64,000 nt of DNA, from assembly GCF_963921235.1 (NCBI RefSeq), contig NC_086118.1, forward strand, positions 25,484,001 through 25,548,000, given 5' to 3'. Below the pieces are notes generated by a model. It saw only the letters and a list, made by a program, of their open reading frames with translations. It did no database searches and was not told the origin of the DNA. This document shows positions 60,980 to 64,000 of the stretch, in pieces (position 1 is the first letter of the stretch; each line of letters starts with the position of its first letter). The translations under genes and the position numbers were made by a program. This DNA is from Mobula hypostoma (taxonomy: Eukaryota).

Positions 60980-63030
60980 AGAGAAAGCTACCTTACTGAA
61001 GCCAGATGGCAGCTCTCAAGACACCTCTTCTTGCTTACCCCTTGTACAGGATCATACCAAGGAACTCTAGGCCATTGGCTCCCACACTATCACCAACCTC
61101 TAACTCTGAAGATCTTCCATCCAATGCCACCAACCTCTGTTCCCAAACCACCTACTGCTCATTTCTACCTCCTACTCAAGATCCACAAACTTAACTGGGC
61201 CTACTGGGACAATGGTTCTGCCTGCTCCAGCCCCACTGAACTCAAGTCCATGTAGTTGACTTTATTTTGTCCTCTTGGCTCAGTCCCTTCCTACCTACAT
61301 CCATGACACTTCATATCCTCAATCATTTTGGGTTCCTTGATCTGGATCAACTTAATTTTCACTATGGATGTCCAGTTTGTATACATTTCCAACCCAAAGA
61401 GCCCACCCCCCCAAACCCAAAACAGGAAGGCCTCAAAACTTTTTTTTGCACGCCAGACCTATTCTTTTACTCCCCACTAACACTCTCCAGTCTGGTGGAA
61501 CTGGTTCTTACCCTCAACAATTTTTTGGCTCCTCCCACTTTCTTTAAACCAAACTGTATAGCCATGGGGAATCTCATGGGCCCCTGGTTATGCTAATCTT
61601 TTCACTGGCTATGTGAAACAGTCCATGTTCCAAGCCTTCACTGGTAACACTCCCCAACTCTTTCTAAACTACATTGCTGATTGCATTGGTGCTGCTTCCT
61701 GCATTCATGCTGAACTCAATTTCATCAACTTTGCCTCCAACTTCCACCCTGCCTTTAAATTTACTTGGTCCATCTCATACCTGCTTTGTTTGTTGTTGTG
61801 TTTTTTTTTTAAATTACAAACTTACTGACTTTCACAGTTATCCTGACTACACCTCTTCCCACCCTGTCACTTGTAAAAGTAAAAAAAATGCTATTCCCTT
61901 CTCTCAGCTCCTGTCTCTACCACATCTGTTCTCAGGATGAGACTTTCCATTCTAGAAAATCTGAGATGCCCTCCTCAAACTGTTTCCGTTCTACCACCAT
62001 CAATGCTGCCCTCACCCAAACCTCTTCCACTTCGCACACATCTGTTCTCACCCCATCATCCTAGTCATAACAGGGATAGGACTCCCATTGTCCTTACCTA
62101 CCACCCACGAGCCTTTATACTTAGCACAGCATTCGCCACAACTTCTGCCACCTCCATCTGAATCCTACCTCTCAGTACTTCTATCCCACACATCCCCTAA
62201 TATCCATAGGGATTGCTATATCACTTGTCCACTCATCCCTCCTCACTCATTTTTCTCCTGGCATTTAACCCTGTAAGCATGTGCTACACCTGACCCTACA
62301 CCTCCTCCCTCACCAACATTCAGGACCCCCAACATTCCTTCCAGGTGAGGAGATACTTCACCTGACATTCTGTTGGGTTTATTTATTGTATCTAGTGCTC
62401 CTTCCTCTGCATTGTTGAGGCCCAATGAAGACTACTTTGTTGAGCACCTTTGTCCTGTCTACCACAAAAGCCAAGATCACCCTGTGGCCACCCATTTCAA
62501 TTCAACTTTATTTCCATTTGGCATGCCTGTCCATGGCCGCCTCTACTGCCCTGATGGCTCCAGACTCAAGCTGGAAGAACGGTACCTCATTCCATTTGGG
62601 TCACTTTCAACCCAAACAGAATACGAGACATGATCATTGATTTCTCCAACTTTGGGTAATTTCTCTCCCTCCCTACTTCTCTTTCTCTATACCTCATTCT
62701 GGCTACCCTCTCACCCCTTTTCTCCTCACCTACCCATCACCCCCTTCCTTTACTTCCATGATACTTCCACGATCCAGTCCTCTTCTATAAGATTCCTTCT
62801 TTCAGTTCGTCACCTCTTCCACCTATCCCCTCCCAGCTTATTACTCCATCTCCCCTCAGCTCACTCATCACCTGTCAGTTTTTACTCTTTGCCCCACCTC
62901 CACCTTGCTCTGGCTTCCACACCCTTCTTTCAGTTCTGATGAAGGGTCTCCACCTGAAACGTCAGCTGCTCATTCCTCACAGATGCTGCCTGACTTGCCA
63001 AGTTCTTCTGCAGCATTTTTGTGTTTAGCT
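60980..63030 (+). mobile_element. Penelope-like retroelement (RT + GIY-YIG remnants + pLTR), degenerate
   Basis: FYLLLKIHK, VLTLNNF, AMGNLMGP, FLNYIADCIG (YIDD site), HPAFKFT, DYTSSHP, IYCI..EHL..PVATHFN; 3' hammerhead. Confidence 0.88.
62931..62968 (+). ncRNA. Minimal type I hammerhead ribozyme (Penelope pLTR)
   Basis: Stem I CAGTT/AGCTG; CTGATGA plus extra A; stem II GGGT-CTCC-ACCT; GAAA; ACGT; GTC cleavage triplet 62961-62963. Confidence 0.68.
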
Positions 63031-63377
63031 AAAGCTATGATGCTTTCAAGTTCGTCTTTAGACTTTTCTTCATCTACGATGCTCCTTAAAACCCACAAAT
63101 AAGACCATTTGGCCTTGTAATCTATACAAGTTAGTGTACAATATCATTCAGTGATACTTCATGGATGTCCTTAACGCTCTAAAAGGCACTATAGAAAGAT
63201 AACAGCATAACTATTATTAAACACACAATATAAAAAGCTTTATGGTCCTCATTTACCCAATTTCAAAAACTGTACTTGATAGAACTTTAGTAATACAGAA
63301 ATGAAGTTCTCAGTTTCACCTCTAAGCCGATTGATAATTATATCCAACATTCAGAAACAGTAATTTAGAAGCAATAA

Positions 63378-63965
63378 ACATGAGCAAGTCTGCTGATGCT
63401 GAAAGTTCAAAGAGAAATGCACAAAATGTTAGAGGAACTCAGTAGGTCCGTCAGCAACTATGGAAATGAATAAACTTGATATTTTGGGCCAAGACCCTTC
63501 TTCCTGCCTTAAATGGAAGGGGGAAGACGCTAGAATAAAAAAGTGGGATGAGGGAAAGGGGCCTAGCTAGAAGGTGATAGGTGAAGCTAAGAGGGTGGGA
63601 AAGGTAAAGGGCTGGAGAAGGAATCTGATAGATAAGACAAGTGGACTATAGGAAAAAGGGAAGGAGGAGGAAGCCCAGGAGGAAATGAAGGCAGGTGAGA
63701 AGAGATAAAAGGCCTGAGTGGGGAATAGAAAAAGAGAGGGAGGGATTTTTTTTAAAATTATATTTAACCAGGAGAAATCACCTTAAATCAACTCCCAGCT
63801 AAAAAGATGCACACTTAAAGAGAACACTTTAAGTGTCCTGATGAAGGGTCTCAGCCTAAAACGTCAACTGTTTATTCCCATCCATAGATGCTGCCCAACT
63901 TGCTATGCTACTCCAACACTGTGTGCATTGCTCTAGATTTCCAGCCCCGCAGTACCTCTTGTGCA
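63378..63965. mobile_element. Penelope-like inverted pLTR pair
   Basis: Minus-strand pLTR ~63378-63780 followed by plus-strand pLTR ~63830-63965 (CTGATGAAGGGTCTCAGCCTAAAACGTC). Confidence 0.7.
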
Positions 63966-64000
63966 TATGAGCACTTCGACATTTACAGCTTATTACCCGA

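Noticed and set aside
63838..63870. Third hammerhead copy
   Set aside because: Catalytic GAAA is mutated to AAAA and stem I pairs poorly; predicted inactive

Overview
Vertebrate genomic DNA, most likely a cartilaginous fish or ray (inferred from the CR1, Penelope, V-SINE, Rex1 and Tc1 repeat landscape). The window lies inside a non-muscle myosin II heavy chain gene (MYH10/NMHC-IIB-like) on the minus strand. I mapped 29 consecutive GT-AG coding exons between 50736 and 1742 (4356 nt, 1452 codons, one continuous frame from mid motor domain through the IQ neck into the coiled-coil rod). Both gene ends lie outside the window. Exon numbers follow approximate MYH9/MYH10 numbering from recall. The introns hold CR1 LINEs, Penelope-like elements, two Tc1 elements, a Tigger/pogo element, hAT elements, Rex1 fragments and SINEs. 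The most notable observations are: (i) a family of Penelope-associated minimal hammerhead ribozyme motifs, two of which look intact and both antisense to the host pre-mRNA; (ii) a 111-codon intronic open frame unlike the local repeats that may be an endogenous negative-strand RNA virus L-gene fragment (hypothesis only); (iii) a U12-type minor intron; (iv) an Ingi/Vingi-like fragment nested in a CR1. Repeat boundaries are approximate unless TSD or TIR positions are given.
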